62,104 bases of DNA, filler included, from Chiloscyllium plagiosum (GCF_004010195.1; 3 parts of one record of this genome joined end to end with filler, not necessarily neighbours in it), one strand, 5' to 3'. Numbered from the whole stretch's first letter, positions 22,285 to 36,429 are shown. Notes: generated by a model from the letters alone, not told the origin. Translations and numbers: made by a program.

Positions 22285-22945
22285 TCACTGACCTTCCTAA
22301 TCCATAGAGTCATAGAGATGTACAGCATGGAAACAGACCCTTCGGTCCAACCCGTCCATGCCGACCAGATACCTCAACCCAATCCAGTCCCACCTGCCAG
22401 CACCCGGCCCATATCCCTCAAAATCTTCCTATTGATATACCCATCCAAATGCCTTTTAAATGTTGCAATTATACTAGCCTCCACCACTCACTTGGCAGCC
22501 CATTCCACATACACATCACCCTCTGCATGAAAAGGTTGTCCCTTAGGTTTCTTTTTATATCATTTCCCTCTCACCCTAAACTTATGTCCTCAAATTCTGG
22601 ACTCCCTCCCCAAGGAAAAGGCTTTGTCTATTTATCCTACCCATGCCCCTCATGGTTTTATAAACCACTATAAGGTCACCTCTCAGCCTCTGACGCTCCA
22701 GGGAAAACATCCCTAGCCTATTCAACCTCTCCCTGTAGCTCAAATCCTCCAATCCTGCTAACATCCTTGTAAATTTTTTCTGAACCCTTTCAAGTTTCAC
22801 AACACCCTTCCGAGAGAAAGACTAGAATTGCATGCGGTATTCCAACAGTGGCCTAACCAATGTCCTGTACAGCTGCAACATGACCTCCCAACTCCTGTAC
22901 TCAATGCTCTGGCCAATAAAGGAAAGCATACCAAACGCTTTCATC
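22285..22945 (-). mobile_element. CR1 (HER1-like) LINE 3' fragment
   Basis: ORF LERVQKKFTRMLAGLEDLSYRERLNRLGMFSLERQRLRGDLI. (catagagt)n tail. Confidence 0.9.
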
Positions 22946-23934
22946 ACAGCTGAACTGCAGCCAAACACACTTCCTGCAGGCATAGTCACTAGGGACAATC
23001 AACAGTTCCCTGATCTCCAACTCTGACAGGGAAAGCATATCACTCCACTGAATGCCATCTCTTTAACAGACTTAGCAGTTGCCTTTGCAGACTTAGAATT
23101 ACCTAAAAAAACTCACACTTTGATCAAATCCCACTGTTGGCACAGTCTTACTGCTCAAGCACTGCTCTGGGATAATTAATACCTATCCTTCTTATTAAAA
23201 GGCAAGAAACAACCAAGATCTAAGCACAACAATTAAAAATGTGTACCCTTTCCTTATCCACAATTTTTGATGACAGATGGTAGTTTCACGAAGGTGGTCA
23301 CACTGCAGATACAGTCAGGTCAATGGATGATGGTCAGAAGAGGTAGACTCTATGACTCTAAGAGTCTGTTTCCGTTGTGTATGACTCTATGACTCGACTC
23401 CAAGTTGATAACAAAGAGATAACAGATGACTTAAGTGGTTTTCATAATGTGTTGTTTCACAGGCATAAAGATGTACTCCTTGGTTGGTTTTCTAAAATAT
23501 TGATCAGGGTCACATTCTCAGATCACCCAGGCAAGCACAGCAATGATTCTTATTCAGTTTTCTCTTCTTCAGGCATCGGGAAGCTGGTATCGCAGATTAG
23601 GCAGGGAACTTTCAAGACTTCCTTCTGTCTCAGCAGCAGCCAAGAATTATCTCTCAGAAAGCATAGTTCAAAAAAAGCAATCAACTTCTACTATCTGTTT
23701 AAACACAATGCACTTCCTTGAATCAGTGTGTCTATAAGAACCTTTTTAAATGAAATTTCAGTCTACATTTAGCCTCCAGACCTGGCCTCATGAACAAACA
23801 AAGCTTGTTTGATCTGTTCATTTCCTTTTCCACATGCTGTCCCAAAGTCTGCCAGTCATTTCCAGTACTTAACTTCAAAGCTGATAGAAGAAAGATAGTG
23901 GAGTGTGCAGGTTCAGATAAGGACATGGGAGAAG

Positions 23935-24145
23935 GTGCCTCAAGCCCTAAAATTGTTTAACTGGATATTGAGTCCAGAATGTTGTAGAGTTCCCAAGCTG
24001 AAAATGAAGTGCTGTTCTTCCAGCTTGTGTTGAGCTTTGCTGAAGCACTGCAGGAAGTCTGAGACACAGATGTTGGCAGGGAACAGGGTGGTGTGTTCAA
24101 GTGACAGGCAATTGGAAGCTCAGAGTATTTTTTTTGTGGACAGAA
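23935..24145 (-). mobile_element. PLE GIY-YIG C-terminal fragment
   Basis: The minus strand reads AQHKLEEQHFIFSLGTLQHSGLNIQLNNFR. Confidence 0.75.
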
Positions 24146-24169
24146 ATACGAGTATTACCTAGCTCATTC

Positions 24170-26040
24170 CATAAAAGAAGATTGTCAGGGCTTTTTAGAT
24201 ATCGAAATGGTAAGACAGAGGCCAGACTGAACATTGGACTACTGGAAAATGAAACTGGTGAAGTAGCATTGAGGAACAAAGAAATGGTGGAGGAACTGAT
24301 TAGGTACTTTGCAATAGTCTCCATAGTGGAAGATGCCAGCAACATAGCAGAATATCAAGAGGGTTAGGAGGCAGAGGTGACTGTAGTGACCATCACTAAG
24401 ATGAAGGTGCTGGGGAAGCTGCAAGGTCTGAAAGTGGTTAAATCATTTGAACCAGATGAACTACACACCAGAGATCTGCAGATGTAGCTACAGAGACTGT
24501 GGAGGCATTGGTGGTGATCCTTAAGGAAACATTAGAGTCAGAGAGGGTCCCAGAGGAATAAAAAATGGCAAATGTTTAAGAAGGCATGGAGGCAGAGGAC
24601 AGGAAATTGATTTATCTCTTAGATTTTCACATTAATCCTGGCAAGAGAAAGTAAATAGTTTAGATTGCAGATACTTGGAAGTACATGCAAAATAGAGTTG
24701 AGTCAGCATTACTTTGACAGGAGAGGTCATTCCTGACGAATCTGTTAGAGTTCTTTGAGGAGCTAACAAAAAAGTTGAACAAAAGGAGAGCCAGTGGACA
24801 TGAGCTATTTGGATTTCCAGAAGGCCTTCGACGAGATATCAAAAAGATAAGAGAAGTCTATCACTAGGTAGAAACCCATGGAATTAGGGGCAAGGAACTT
24901 ATAGACAGAGGACTTGCTGATTGCAGAAGGTGAAGAGTGGGGATAAAGGGGTCAATTTTGAGATAGTAACTGATGACTAGTGGAATTCCGTAGGGGAACA
25001 GTCTTGGGACCACAGCTATTTTATGTCATATTAATGATCTGGACGAAGGAACTGAGGATATTGTTGTTAAGTTTGCAGATGACACAAAGACAGGTGAATA
25101 GACAGGTAGTGCTGAGGAAGTGGGAAGACTGCAGTTGGACTTGGACATGCTGGGAGAGTGGACAAAGAAATGGCAGGTGTAATGCAATGTTCAAATGTGT
25201 GAGGAATTACAATTTGATTGGATGAATAGATGTATAGACTATTTTCTAAAAGGAGAAAGGCTTTGTATATCTGAAGCACAAAGGAGAAAGGCTTTGGATA
25301 TCTGAGAGAATTTCTGTCATCCAGGGATGTTACAGAGCTCTAGAGGATCATGGGAATGGTCAACTAAGTGGACAAATGTTTGCACAACCTTTCTCAATAA
25401 GACCAAAAGATGTAGGAGCAGAATTAGGTCATTCAGCATAATTATTCTGTTCAGCTATTCAATCATAGCTGCGATGTTTCTCTAACCCTTCTCCCTGTAA
25501 CCCTTGATGCCCTTACCAATCAAGAACTTTTCTAACTCTGTCTGAATGACTTGACCTCCACAGCCTTCTATGGCAATGAGCACCACAGATTAACCACCTC
25601 TGGTTGAAGAAATTCCTCCAAATATCAGTTCTAAACTCAGTTCTCTCTCCACTCTGAGGCTGTGCCCTCTGATCCTAACCTCTCCTACTAGTGAAAATAT
25701 CTTCTCCATGGTCCTCTCTATCCAGGACTCTCAGTATTCTATATATTTCAATGACAGTCCCCCTCAGCCTTCTGAACTCCATTGAGCACACACCAAGAGC
25801 CTTCGACCGTTTCACGTATAACAAGACCTTCATCCCCAGAATCATTGTTGTGAAGTTCCTCTAGAACCACTCCAATGCCAGCGTATCCTTCCTTAGATAC
25901 AGAGCCCAAAACTTCTTACAATATTCTAAATTCAATCTGACAGGGTCATTATGCAGCCTCAGCAGTACATCACTGTTCTTCTATTCTAGCTCTCTTAAAA
26001 TGAACGCTAATACTACATTTGTCTTCCTGTCAACTGAACC
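24170..26040. mobile_element. Degraded CR1 fragments: RT part (+, 24170-25300) and 3' part (-, 25400-26040)
   Basis: RT motifs (LTNLLEFFEE, DFQKAF, GTVLGPQLF, KFADDTK) on plus. CR1 3' end on minus. Confidence 0.8.
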
Positions 26041-26284
26041 CTGTATCTTAATTTAGGGATCCTAGTTTATGATTCTGTGCATAGTATGATGTGGGAGGCA
26101 GTTCTCAGTTTGTCCAAACCTCCAAGTGGTTGAAAAATTCTCATTTGAATTCAATACCTTGTTCTTAGTCATTGACTCCTTCAACTTTACAAATTAACCT
26201 CAGATAATGAATGACACAATGTTTCAGAGAAATTGCTGACTTTGTACTTTAATGTTACATTCAGATGGACATCAAAGGTTAACT

Positions 26285-26385
26285 TGTATTCCTGATGAAG
26301 GGCTTTTGCCCGAAATGTCAATTTTACTGCTCCTCGGATGCTGCCTGAACTGCTGTGCTTTTCCAGCACCACTCTAATCTAGACT
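26285..26385 (+). mobile_element. PLE hammerhead-tail module
   Basis: attcCTGATGAagggcttttgcccGAAATGTC followed by gatgctgcctgaactgctgtgcttttccagcaccac. Confidence 0.8.
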
Positions 26386-26872
26386 AGAGTATATTCCCAT
26401 CATAGTGATTGCATGTTTCTCATTTTTGAGGTCTACCCATAATTGCATCGCTGAATGAGGTTCTGAACCAAGAATTCAGGAAGTTAGGCAGTAGATGAAA
26501 GAGCAAGCCCTCAAAGGTTGTAGCCCTCTAGTGTTTCCTCTCTGAGTGCAGTTGTGACATTCTCCCTGATTAGTAATGCAACTCCTCCATCTCTTTTACC
26601 TCCCTCTCTATTTTAACTAAAACATTGAATGTTGAGAAGCCAGTCCTGTCCCTCTCTCAACCAGATCTCTGTGATGATCACCATAGCCTTATGTACTGAT
26701 TCAGGCTGTAAGCTCATCTGCCTTACTCATAATACTTCTTGCACTGAAATAAACACACTTCATCCCATCAGCCCCCCTATGTGGTTCCCAGCACCCTGCC
26801 ACTCTAGTTTAAACCCTCCCAAGTAGTACTAGCGAAACTTGCTGTGAGAATTTTGGTTCCCTTCCAGTTTAG

Positions 26873-29800
26873 GTGTTGGAGGCGATTTCCTCGAATTCCA
26901 GGAGCAGCAATTACTGTTTCATATGCTGTTGCATTGTTTTGGAACTTCGGAGAAAAAAAAGTCACAACAACAGCACTTTTAAAAGGGAGAGGTACAGACA
27001 AAAGAAGGACATTGTGAGGTCAGTGCAGGAGAGAGAGAGAAAGAAATCCACACTGCTAACACACAAGCAGTGAACCTGCACAGTCACTGCCTTTGCTGTT
27101 TGAATTCATGTATCGTTGGACATCAGAGTGGGAAAATGAACAAACAGTGAAATTCACAACTAATGTTGAGGAACCTGTTTGGGAGAGGTCGTAGCACAGA
27201 AACAGATAATTGAATAAGAGACCTTACAGTAAGTCTGCAGTAGCACATAGAATGGTTTCTTTTTTGATTATATGTTTTATTAAGATATGTCTTTTGATTA
27301 CATTTAAAATATAAGCCATAAGTATTAATTTAACTTGGAGCAGTGGTTTGTAGAGGAATAAGAGAGTGCTATTTTCTGAGTCTGTAGATTGAAAGAAAGT
27401 GAATGTGCTCTTCTTGTCAGATGTGGGAGTTTAGGGAGAGTTTACGGGTTACTGAAGGTTATATCTGCAATAAATGCCATTGGTTGCAAATCCAATCAGA
27501 TCAAATGGCTCAGTTGGAGAGAAAGTTAGAGGCAGTGAGGAATTTACAAGAGCAAGGGGATGTGATTGATGGCAGTTATAAGAAGGGGGAAAATTCGCAG
27601 ATACAGTCACGTAAATGGGTTAACTCCAGGAAAGGTAAGAGAGGTAGGCAGTTTGTGCAGGAATCTTCTGTGGCTATCCCCATTTTAAACAAGTATGCTG
27701 TTTTGGAAAATGTAGGTGGTGATGGATTCTCTGGGGAACATAGCATGAACAGCCAAGTTTCTGGTATTGAGACTGGCTCTAATGCAACGAGGCATACGCC
27801 GGGTTCCAAGAGATCGGTTGTGTTAGGGTACAGGTACAGACAGACGTTTCTGTGGCCAGCAGCGAAAAATCAGAATGGTGTGTTGCTTCCCTGGTGCCAG
27901 GATCAAGGATGTCTCAGAGACAGTGCAGAATGTTCTCAAGGGGGAGAGGGAGAGGGAACAGCAGGAGGTCATTGTACACATTGGGACTAATGACATAGAA
28001 AAGGAAATGGTTGAGATTCTGAAGGGAGATTACAGAGAATTAGGCAGGAATTTAAAAACGAAGCTCTTGAGAGTAGTAATATCTGGATTACTCCCAGTGC
28101 GACGAGCTAGTGAGGGCAGGAATAGGAGGATAGAGCAGATGAATCCATGGCTGAGGAACCGGTGTATGGGAGAAGGATTCACATTTTTGGATCATTGGAA
28201 GTTCTTTTCGGGTAGAAGTGACCTGTGCAAGAAGGATGATTTGCATCTAAATTGGAAGGGACTAATATATGGCAGGGATATTTGCTCGAGCTGTTCAGGA
28301 GGATTGAACGTAGTAAGGTGGAGGGGCTGGGACCCAGGGAGATACTGAGGAAAGAGATCAACCTAAGACTGGTACAGTTGAGAACAGAAGTGAATCAAAC
28401 AGTCAGGGCAAGCAGGGACAAAGCAGAGAACAAGGTAGGACTGATAAATTAAACTGCAATTATTTCAATGCAAGGGGCCTAAATTGGAAGGCAGATGAAC
28501 TCAGGGCATGGTTAGGATCATAGGATTGGGATATCATAGCAATTACAGAAACATTGCTCAGGGATGGACAGGACTAGCAGCTTAATGCTCCATGATACAA
28601 ATGCTACAGGAAGGATAGAAGGGGAGGCAAGAGAAGAGAGGAAGTGACGTTTTTGATAAGGGATAGCATTACAGCTGCACTGAGGGAGGATATTCCTGGA
28701 AATACATCCAGGGAAGTTATATAGGTGAATGAGAAATAAAAAAAGGAATGATCACTTTATTGGGATTGTATTATAGACCCCTTAATAGTCAGAGGGAAAT
28801 TGAGAAACAAATTTGTAAGGAGATCTCAGTTATCTGTAAGAATAATAAGGTGGTTATGGTAGGGGCTTTTAACTTTCCAAACATAGACTGGGACTGCCAT
28901 AGTGTTAAGGGTTTGGATGGAGAGGAATTTGTTAAGTGCGTACAAGAAAATTTTCTGATTCAGTATGTGGATGTACCTACTAGAGAAGGTGCAAACCTTG
29001 ACCTCCTCTTGAGAAAAAAGGCAAGCCGGTGACTGAGGTGTCAGTGAGGGAGCACTTTGGGGCCAGCAACCATAATTCTATTAGTTTTAAAATAGTGATG
29101 AAAAATGACAGACCAGATCTAAAAGTTGAAGTTCGAAATTGGAGAAAGGCCAATTTTGACAGTATCAGGCAAGAACTTTCGAAAGCTGACCGGGGGGAAA
29201 ATTTTGCAGATAAAGGGACGGCTGAAAAATGGGAAGCCTTTAGAAATGAAGTAACAAGAGTCCAAAGAAAGTATATTCCTGTTAGGGTAAAAAGAAAGGC
29301 TGGTAGGTATAGGGAAGCTGGATGACTGAAGAAATTGAGGGTTTGGTTAAGAAAATGAAGGAAGCATATGTCAGGTATACATCGGATAGATTGAGTGAAT
29401 CCTTAGAACAGTATAAAAGGAATAGGAGCATACTTAAGATGGAAATCAGGAGGGCATAAAGGGGACATGAGATAACTTTGGCAAATAGAGTTAAGAAGAA
29501 TCCAAAGGGTTTTTACAAATACTTATTGACAAAAGGGTAACTAGAGAGAGAATAGAGCTCCTTAATCATCAGCAAGGTGGCCGTTGTGTGGAGCCACAAG
29601 AGATAGGGGCAGATACTAAACAAGTATTTTGCATCAGTGTTTACTGTGGAAAAGGACATGGAAAATATAGAATGTAGGGAAATAGATGGTGACATCTTGA
29701 AAAATGTCCATATTACAGAGCAGGAAGTGCTCGATGTCTTGAAATGCATAAAAGTGGATAGATTCCCAGGACCTGATCAGGTGTACCCGAGAACTCTGGG

Positions 29801-31030
29801 AAGCTAGGGAAGTGATTGCTGAGCCTCTTGCTGAGATATTTGTATCATCGTTAGTCACAGATGAGGTGCCGGAAGACTGGAGGTTGGCTAACGTGGTGCC
29901 ACTGTTTAAGAAAGGTGGTAAGGACAAGCCAGGGAACTATTGACCAGTGAGCCTGATGTCGGTGGTGGGCAAGTTGTTGAGGGAATCCTGAGGGATAGGA
30001 TGTACATGTATTTGGAAAAGCAAGGACTGATTAGGGATAGTCAACATGGCTTAGTACATGGGAAATCATGTCTCACAAACTTGATTGAGTTTTTTGAAGA
30101 AGTAACAAAGAGGATTGATGAGGGCAGAGTGGTAGATGTGATATATATGGACTTCAGTAAGGCATTCGGCAAGGTTCCCCATTGGAGACTGGTTAACAAG
30201 GTTAGATCTCAGGGAATACAGGATCATCATTTATATAAATGATTTGGATGTGACCATAAGAGGTACAGAGTCATAGAGTCATAAAGATGTCTAGCATGAA
30301 AACAGACCCTTCGGTCCAACCAGTCCATGCCAACCAGATATCCCAACCCAATCTAGTCCCACCTGCCAGTACCCAGCCCATATCCCTCCAAACCCTTCCT
30401 ATTCATATACCCATCCAAATGCCTCTTAAATGTTGCAATTGTACCGGCCTCCACCATTTTCTCTGGCAGCTCATTCCATACACGTACCACTCTCTGCGTG
30501 AAAATGTTGCCCCTTAGGTCTCTTTTATATCTTTCCGCTCTCAGCATAAACCTATGCCCTCTAGTTCTGGACTCCCCGATCCCAGCGAAAAGACTTTGCC
30601 TATTTACCCTATCCATGCCCCTCATAATTTTGTAAACCTCTGTAGAGGACACCAAAATTTGAGGTGCAGTGGAAAGCGAAGGTGGTTACCTCAGATTACA
30701 ACAGGATCTTGATCAGTTGGGCCAATGGGCTGAGAAGTGGCAGATGGAGTTTAATTCAGATAAATGCGAGGTGCTGCATTTTGGGAAAACAAATCTTAGC
30801 AGGACTTATACACTGAATGGTAAGGTCCTAGGGAGTGTTGCTGAACAAAGAGACCTTGGAGTGCAGGTTCATAGCTCCTGAAAAGTGGAGTCGCAGGTAG
30901 ATAGGATAGTGAAGAAGGTGCTTGGTATGCTTTCCTTTATTGGTCAGAGTATTGAGTACAGGAGTGGATAAATCCCCAGGACCTGATCAGGTGAACCCAG
31001 AACTCTGTGGGAAGCTAGGGAAGTGATTGC
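26873..31030 (+). mobile_element. Near-full-length inactive CR1 LINE (5' UTR, ORF1, ORF2 APE + RT), internally deleted and 3'-truncated
   Basis: ORF1 27403-28300: CSSC..CNKC zinc finger, coiled coil, SGNH-esterase motifs (HIGTND, DHW..DDLHLN). ORF2: FNARGL, GAFNFPNIDW, SNHN, SCLTNLIEFFEE, DFSKAF, WQMEFNSDKC. Confidence 0.92.
30267..30641 (-). mobile_element. CR1 3' end lying inverted inside the RT region of the long CR1
   Basis: ORF 30353..30655(-) YKIMRGMDRVN..FTQRVVRVWNELP..FKRHLD. (catagagt)n tail at 30267. Confidence 0.88.
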
Positions 31031-31519
31031 TAGGCCTTTTGTCTGTTCTCCTGACTAAAGAATTCCCTAACATCCTGAAACACTTAAGATTTAAAACATG
31101 ATGCATAAAACTTCTCGAGTGACACTGTAGTGCAGCATCGAGAGAGAGAGGAAGAGAACTCTAAGTTGAAAGAGATACCATCTTTTAGATATTGTGTTTA
31201 CCCAAGACACACCTTCTATATTTTATAGTATTCATAAAAGAATCTGAAGGACTACCTATGGAGAGGGTTGGGGAGACGTTCAAGCCACTTGAAGACAGAT
31301 TAAGACAGGTTATCTGGTTATTACTTAAATGCTAATTCTGAGATTAGTTTAAGTTCTTTGTTAGCTGTTTTATGCTTTGGACCTAAAAGATAATAATGCA
31401 GTGCAATATTAATATGCTTTACGGTTATACCCCTCATTTAACTCTGTGAGATGACTTTCTTTAGATTTCTAATCCTTTTATAACATTACAGTCACATACT
31501 TGGTTAGTCATCACTCCTG

Positions 31520-31610
31520 CGCTGTGAATGCTGCCTGACCTGCTGTACTTTTCCAGTGCCATCCTTTTTTACTCTGACTCTCCAGCATCTGCAGTCCTCC
31601 CTTTCTCCTG
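31520..31610 (+). mobile_element. PLE tail fragment (no hammerhead core)
   Basis: atgctgcctgacctgctg..ccagcatctgcagtcctccctttctcc matches 1719-1798. Confidence 0.75.
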
Positions 31611-32654
31611 GTCATCACAATGAGATATTACATCAAATTAATCACACTACCTCCACTGTAGAACCAGCTAAAATGTGTGAAGTTGGAGGAGCGTAGCCTC
31701 CTTACACCATAGCAGGTACATGCACATCATTGAAGTAATCTAAGGTACTAGGCTGCCTCAAGCTGATCACAAGCCTGGCCTTTGCTAATACAATGGAATA
31801 ACACTCAAGCTCAGCCATTGATACTCCTAGATATATTAGGAGCAAAATAAACACACTATAAATGATTTAATAACAGTTCCTGGACCATTATGGTGATTGC
31901 CAGCTGTATCCGGAACTTTAAAATGTCTGATTGGGTAACCAAGTCTCCAGCTTTAATCCTGCAATGTCCATGGATAGTTTTGTCAACTTGCCACTAATTG
32001 AGCATCTTAAGTGGATAACTTAAGCTGATTTTAATCCAACAGTGGGCTATGGGCATACCATGCAGGGAGCCAACAAGTGAAGCTATGTAGAATTGCTTGC
32101 TGTTTTACTGGGGAATCCTCCTTCAAAAGCACTCAGTGCCTGATCAAGAAACACGTTGAGTATGTGGGAGCAGCTGAAGCCATTTCCCTTGCTCTTGATT
32201 TTTGGCCCTCAAATGTCTTACCTACAACCTCACCCTGTGTACCCTGCCTACCTTCAATAGCCAGTGACCTGGGTCCAGAGCAATCCTGGACCTCAAGTGT
32301 ATGGTGTACTGGCAGCAGCCGCTGCTACACCCGAGATACAATTGTTCAATGGAGATGTACGCCTCAGGTTGGCTAGCAGCACTCAACAAGTAGGACATCT
32401 GCCCCAGTCTCCTTGATTCCAAAAAATATCTGCCACTGTCCATTTAAGTGACTGATTGAGTTTTAATACAATGAAACATCCCCAAAAGAGAAATGTAGAC
32501 TCTTGCCAGCTCACCTGTCAGTGAGTAAGACTCACACCACCTTCATTAAATCCAACCTGTTGATCTAAGTTGCCTCCTTTGGTGCTGTGCTCTGATATAT
32601 TTTTATGAGATAATGAGGAGTAGTTTGAGAAAAGATGTCCTGTTGTAACTCGAC

Positions 32655-33305
32655 AGAGTCATAGAGTCATAGAGATGTACAGCACAGATGTACAGATCCT
32701 TCGGACTAACTCGTACATGAAGACCAGATATCCTAACCCAGTCTAGTCCCACCTGCCAGTTCCTGGCCCATATTCCTCAAATCCTTTCTATTCATATACC
32801 TTTGGTGAGCTCATATATTATGTGCAATTTTGTTCTTCTTAACTGAGAAAGGATGTATTTGCCAGTACAAAGAACATGTACTGAAAATATACCACAAAGG
32901 ATAATCTAAAGGATGTGCAAGAGCAGAGCCCTGTGTGTTTTTATGCATAAGACCTTAAAGGTGGCAAGATAGTTGGAGGGAGTCGTTAATAAATATTCCT
33001 TTGTTACTGAGGACACAGAGTACAAGAGCAGGGAGATTATGTTGAACTTATACAACACATTGGTTTGACCTCAGATGGAGTATTGAGTACAGTTCCAGGT
33101 ACCACACTTTAGAAAAATTGTGATTGTATTGGAGATAATACAGATGATGTTTATCTGAATGATTCCAGGGATGAGAAACTTCAGGTATGAGGATAGTTGA
33201 GAAGTTGGGGCAATCTTCCTTGGAGAAATGTATTTTGTGGGAAAGTTTACAGAAGTTTTTAAAATAACGAGGAACATGCACAAAGTAGATAGGGAAAAAA
33301 AAACC
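32655..33305. mobile_element. CR1 fragments (3' tip on minus 32655-32800; older RT-end fragment on plus)
   Basis: (catagagt)n tip. tggtttgacctcagatggagtattg..agttccagg motif. Confidence 0.65.
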
Positions 33306-33959
33306 TCCTAAATGAAATAACTCCAAACACTGAAGTTTAAATTTCCGCAGCTAATGATATGTGCTGTACAACTGATACTGGATGCTATTCTTCAGCCCTG
33401 AGGGCAGTTGAGAGTCAACCACATTGCTGTGGGTCTGGAGTCACAGGCCAGGTAAGGATGGCTGATTTCCTTCCCTAAAGGACATTAATGAGCTACATTT
33501 TTTTTCTCTGATCATCGACAATGGTTTCATAGTCTCATTAGATTTTTTAATTCCAGATTTTTACTGAATTCAAATTCCACCATCTGCAGTCTCCAGAACA
33601 CTATGTGGTTCTCGAGATTACGATGTAATGATATAGCATTAGAACATTGTCTCCCCCTGTACTCACATTCAGTACAACTGAGTGGCATACATGTCACTTA
33701 CATGGATCCTTATCAGTTAACTTGAAATGATTTACAGAATTAGTTTCCTTACAGATTATGATTCCTATTGCAATGGAAAAGGGAACATGCCTTATCAGCA
33801 ACATCCCAACAATTATAATGATAAAGAGATCGTTGTGCTTTCTTTGGAATTAATTGAGGGCAGGAATTTGTCTGTTGTTGTTCACCATTTGTTTCATTTC
33901 TTTCATCCAAACTGTTGTCTAAAAACAGAATCCAATGCCTTCAGCCAGGCAACAAAGAA

Positions 33960-35500
33960 TAGAGCGAACAACAAAGAACAGGCCCTTCAGCCCATTAATA
34001 CTGTGCTGACAACATGATGCCTTTCTAAACTAAAACCCTTTTACCTCCAAACCATCCATATCCCTCTTTTTGCTGCCTATTCATGTTTTAGTCAAGATGC
34101 CTCTTAACTGTCATTGTTGTATCCACTTCCATCACCTCCTCTGACAACATGTTCCAGGGACTTCTGTTTAAAATACCTGCCCCTTCATGTCTCCTTTCAA
34201 TCCATCCACTTTTACATTAAACCTGTGCCCCCTAGTAATTGACATTTCAACCCACTATCCATTCTATTCATGCCTTCCATAATTATGTAAACTTCTATCA
34301 GGTCACCACTCATCCTTCAATGTTCAAGTGAAACCAAACCAAGTTTGTTCAATCTTTTCTCATTGCTAATATCCTCCAAACCAGGCAATACCCTGATAAA
34401 CCTTTTTGGTACCCTCACCAAAGCCTCCATATCCTTCTGATAGTGTAGTGGCCAGAATTGTATGCAATATTCCAAATGTGGCCTTAGTAAAAGTTCTATA
34501 CAACCGAAACATAACTCACCAACCTTTAGACTCTGTGCCCTAACCAACAAACACAAGCATGCCATTTGCCTCCTTGATCATCTCCAACTCTGTGTTGCCA
34601 CGTTCGGGAACTGTGGACCTGTACACCTAGATCGCTCTGTATGTTGATGCTGTATGTCCTGCCATTTACTGTGTACTTGCCTCATGTATTAGACCTTCCA
34701 ATATGCATCACCTCACTTTTGTCTTGATGAAACTGCATCTGATATTTCTCCACCCATATCTCCAACCTATTTATATCCTGCTGAATCCTGGCATTCCTCC
34801 TCATTATTTGCAGCTCAGTTCCCCGAATCGTTGTGCCATTAGTAAACTTAATAATCAAGCCATCTATATTTTCCTCCATATCATTTATATATATGTTACA
34901 AACAACAGCATTAATCTGTGCAGAATACCACTGATCTCAAGATTTCCAGTCAGAGAAACATCCTTCCATTGCTACTCTCTGTTTTCTATGACCAAGCTAG
35001 TTCTGTTTCCATCTTACCAGCTCACCGTGGGTCCCATGTGACTTCACCTTCTGTATTAGCCTGCCACGAGAGACTTTGTCATGATCCAACAGGTTTATTT
35101 GGAAGTACAAGCTTTCAGAGCACTGCTCCTTTGTCAGGAAACCTGAAATCCATTCTAAGTGATTGAAGATTTAACAGCAGTCTAGGTTTGTTCAATACAT
35201 CACATCAGTTGTAAGACACTTTGATCTTTTACTTTAAATTTTGTGTCCTATGATCCTGCCCCGCTAGCCATCTAACGAAGGAGCACCGCTCCAAAAACTT
35301 GTACGTCCAAGTAAGCCTGTTGGATTATAACCTAGTATTGTGCTATTTTCAACTTTGTCCACCCAAGTCCAACACCGGCACCTCCACATCATGAGAGACC
35401 TTGGCAAAGGCCTTGCTAAAGTCCATGTAAACCAAACCTGCCGGTCTGCCCTCATCAATTGTCTTTGTCACTTCCTCAGAAATCTCAATCAAGTTTGTGC
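33960..35500 (-). mobile_element. CR1 LINE (RT to 3' end), interrupted by a PLE derivative
   Basis: ORFs LLRPHLEYCIQFW, WVEKYQMQF. tccatgtaaacc/aaggccttgcta (DFSKAF). Confidence 0.85.
35085..35389. mobile_element. Fold-back PLE derivative (family of 41682/43396), degenerate
   Basis: ccaacaggtttatttggaagtacaagctttc..gctcctt is mirrored by aaggagc..cttgtac..cctgttgg. TSD-like ca(c/t)gagagac(t/c)ttg on both sides. Confidence 0.7.
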
Positions 35501-36429
35501 ATCTCAAACTTCCCCACAATATTCAAGATGGAGGTGGAGTAGGTAACATTCAGGCGGCAACAGCATCGGTGACAATGAGGTGTGCCCAGCACAGACTCAT
35601 GGCAATCGTATCGGAAATGAGTTTGGGTTCCTGGTGGCATATGCATTGATGAGATAGGCCCAATGTGGACTCATGGCAGAGGTGACAGAGTCAGGTTTGG
35701 GCCTAGTGCAGACCCAGCAGAATCAGTGGCGGCCACATCAGTGAGGTTGGCTCAGCACGGACTCATGGTGGCAGTGGCATCAGCGGAGATGAGATGCTGC
35801 CAAAGAGTGGCCAATGTGTTCCAGTGGTGGTGGCACATGTCATGGAGAAAATGTAGAGAATCACCAGGAGACGCAGAGATTTCTTCAAGGAGAAGGTCTT
35901 TTATTTGCCAACAAAAAACCATGACACTTAGAAAGCAAATTCTTGAATGCCCCTGAGCCTCAGCATCTGTGGCTCTTCATTTTTTAAAATGTTTTTGTTA
36001 GCTTATCAGCATGTCCAACTGTGTTAATCAGAATTACCTCACTCCAGCTACACAATAAACCAATGATGTTAATTCCCATTATCTCTCTAGTTCTGCCATG
36101 ATAGTTTTTTTTCCTACATTCTACTTAATGCTATTCTAATGTCACAATTAGACACTTTCCTGTCAGCTCTGCAACAATGGTCTTTCATCCCAGACCCTAC
36201 TTAATATTTTTCTAATATCATGATTAGATATTTTACTGTCATGGATCTCAAGCAGGTGAAGAGATTCAAGGCTGGCTGACTGCTTTGAGCTGGTGACAGT
36301 CTCAATATTGGGGTGGAGAAGCTCGGATCCAAGCCCAGTGGCAAAGCACTTAAATAGAAGGACTGTAAAATTGCACATTATTTCTTTATTTTCTGCCTTG
36401 ATATGTGTTAATCAGTACCGCTGATAAGA

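Noticed and set aside
23430..23900. Kinase exon (minus-strand LADFGTAC)
   Set aside because: There is a stop immediately before the motif and no HRD or APE context. Probably chance.
31900..32620. Coding region (ORFs 32077, 32222)
   Set aside because: No recognisable motifs. Possibly old DNA-transposon debris, but I cannot support a call.
35530..35830. Gene in the GC-richer repeat (ORF 35663..35956)
   Set aside because: It is made of loose gactcatgg..ggca repeats with no recognisable domain or splice structure. Likely a TE-derived UTR.
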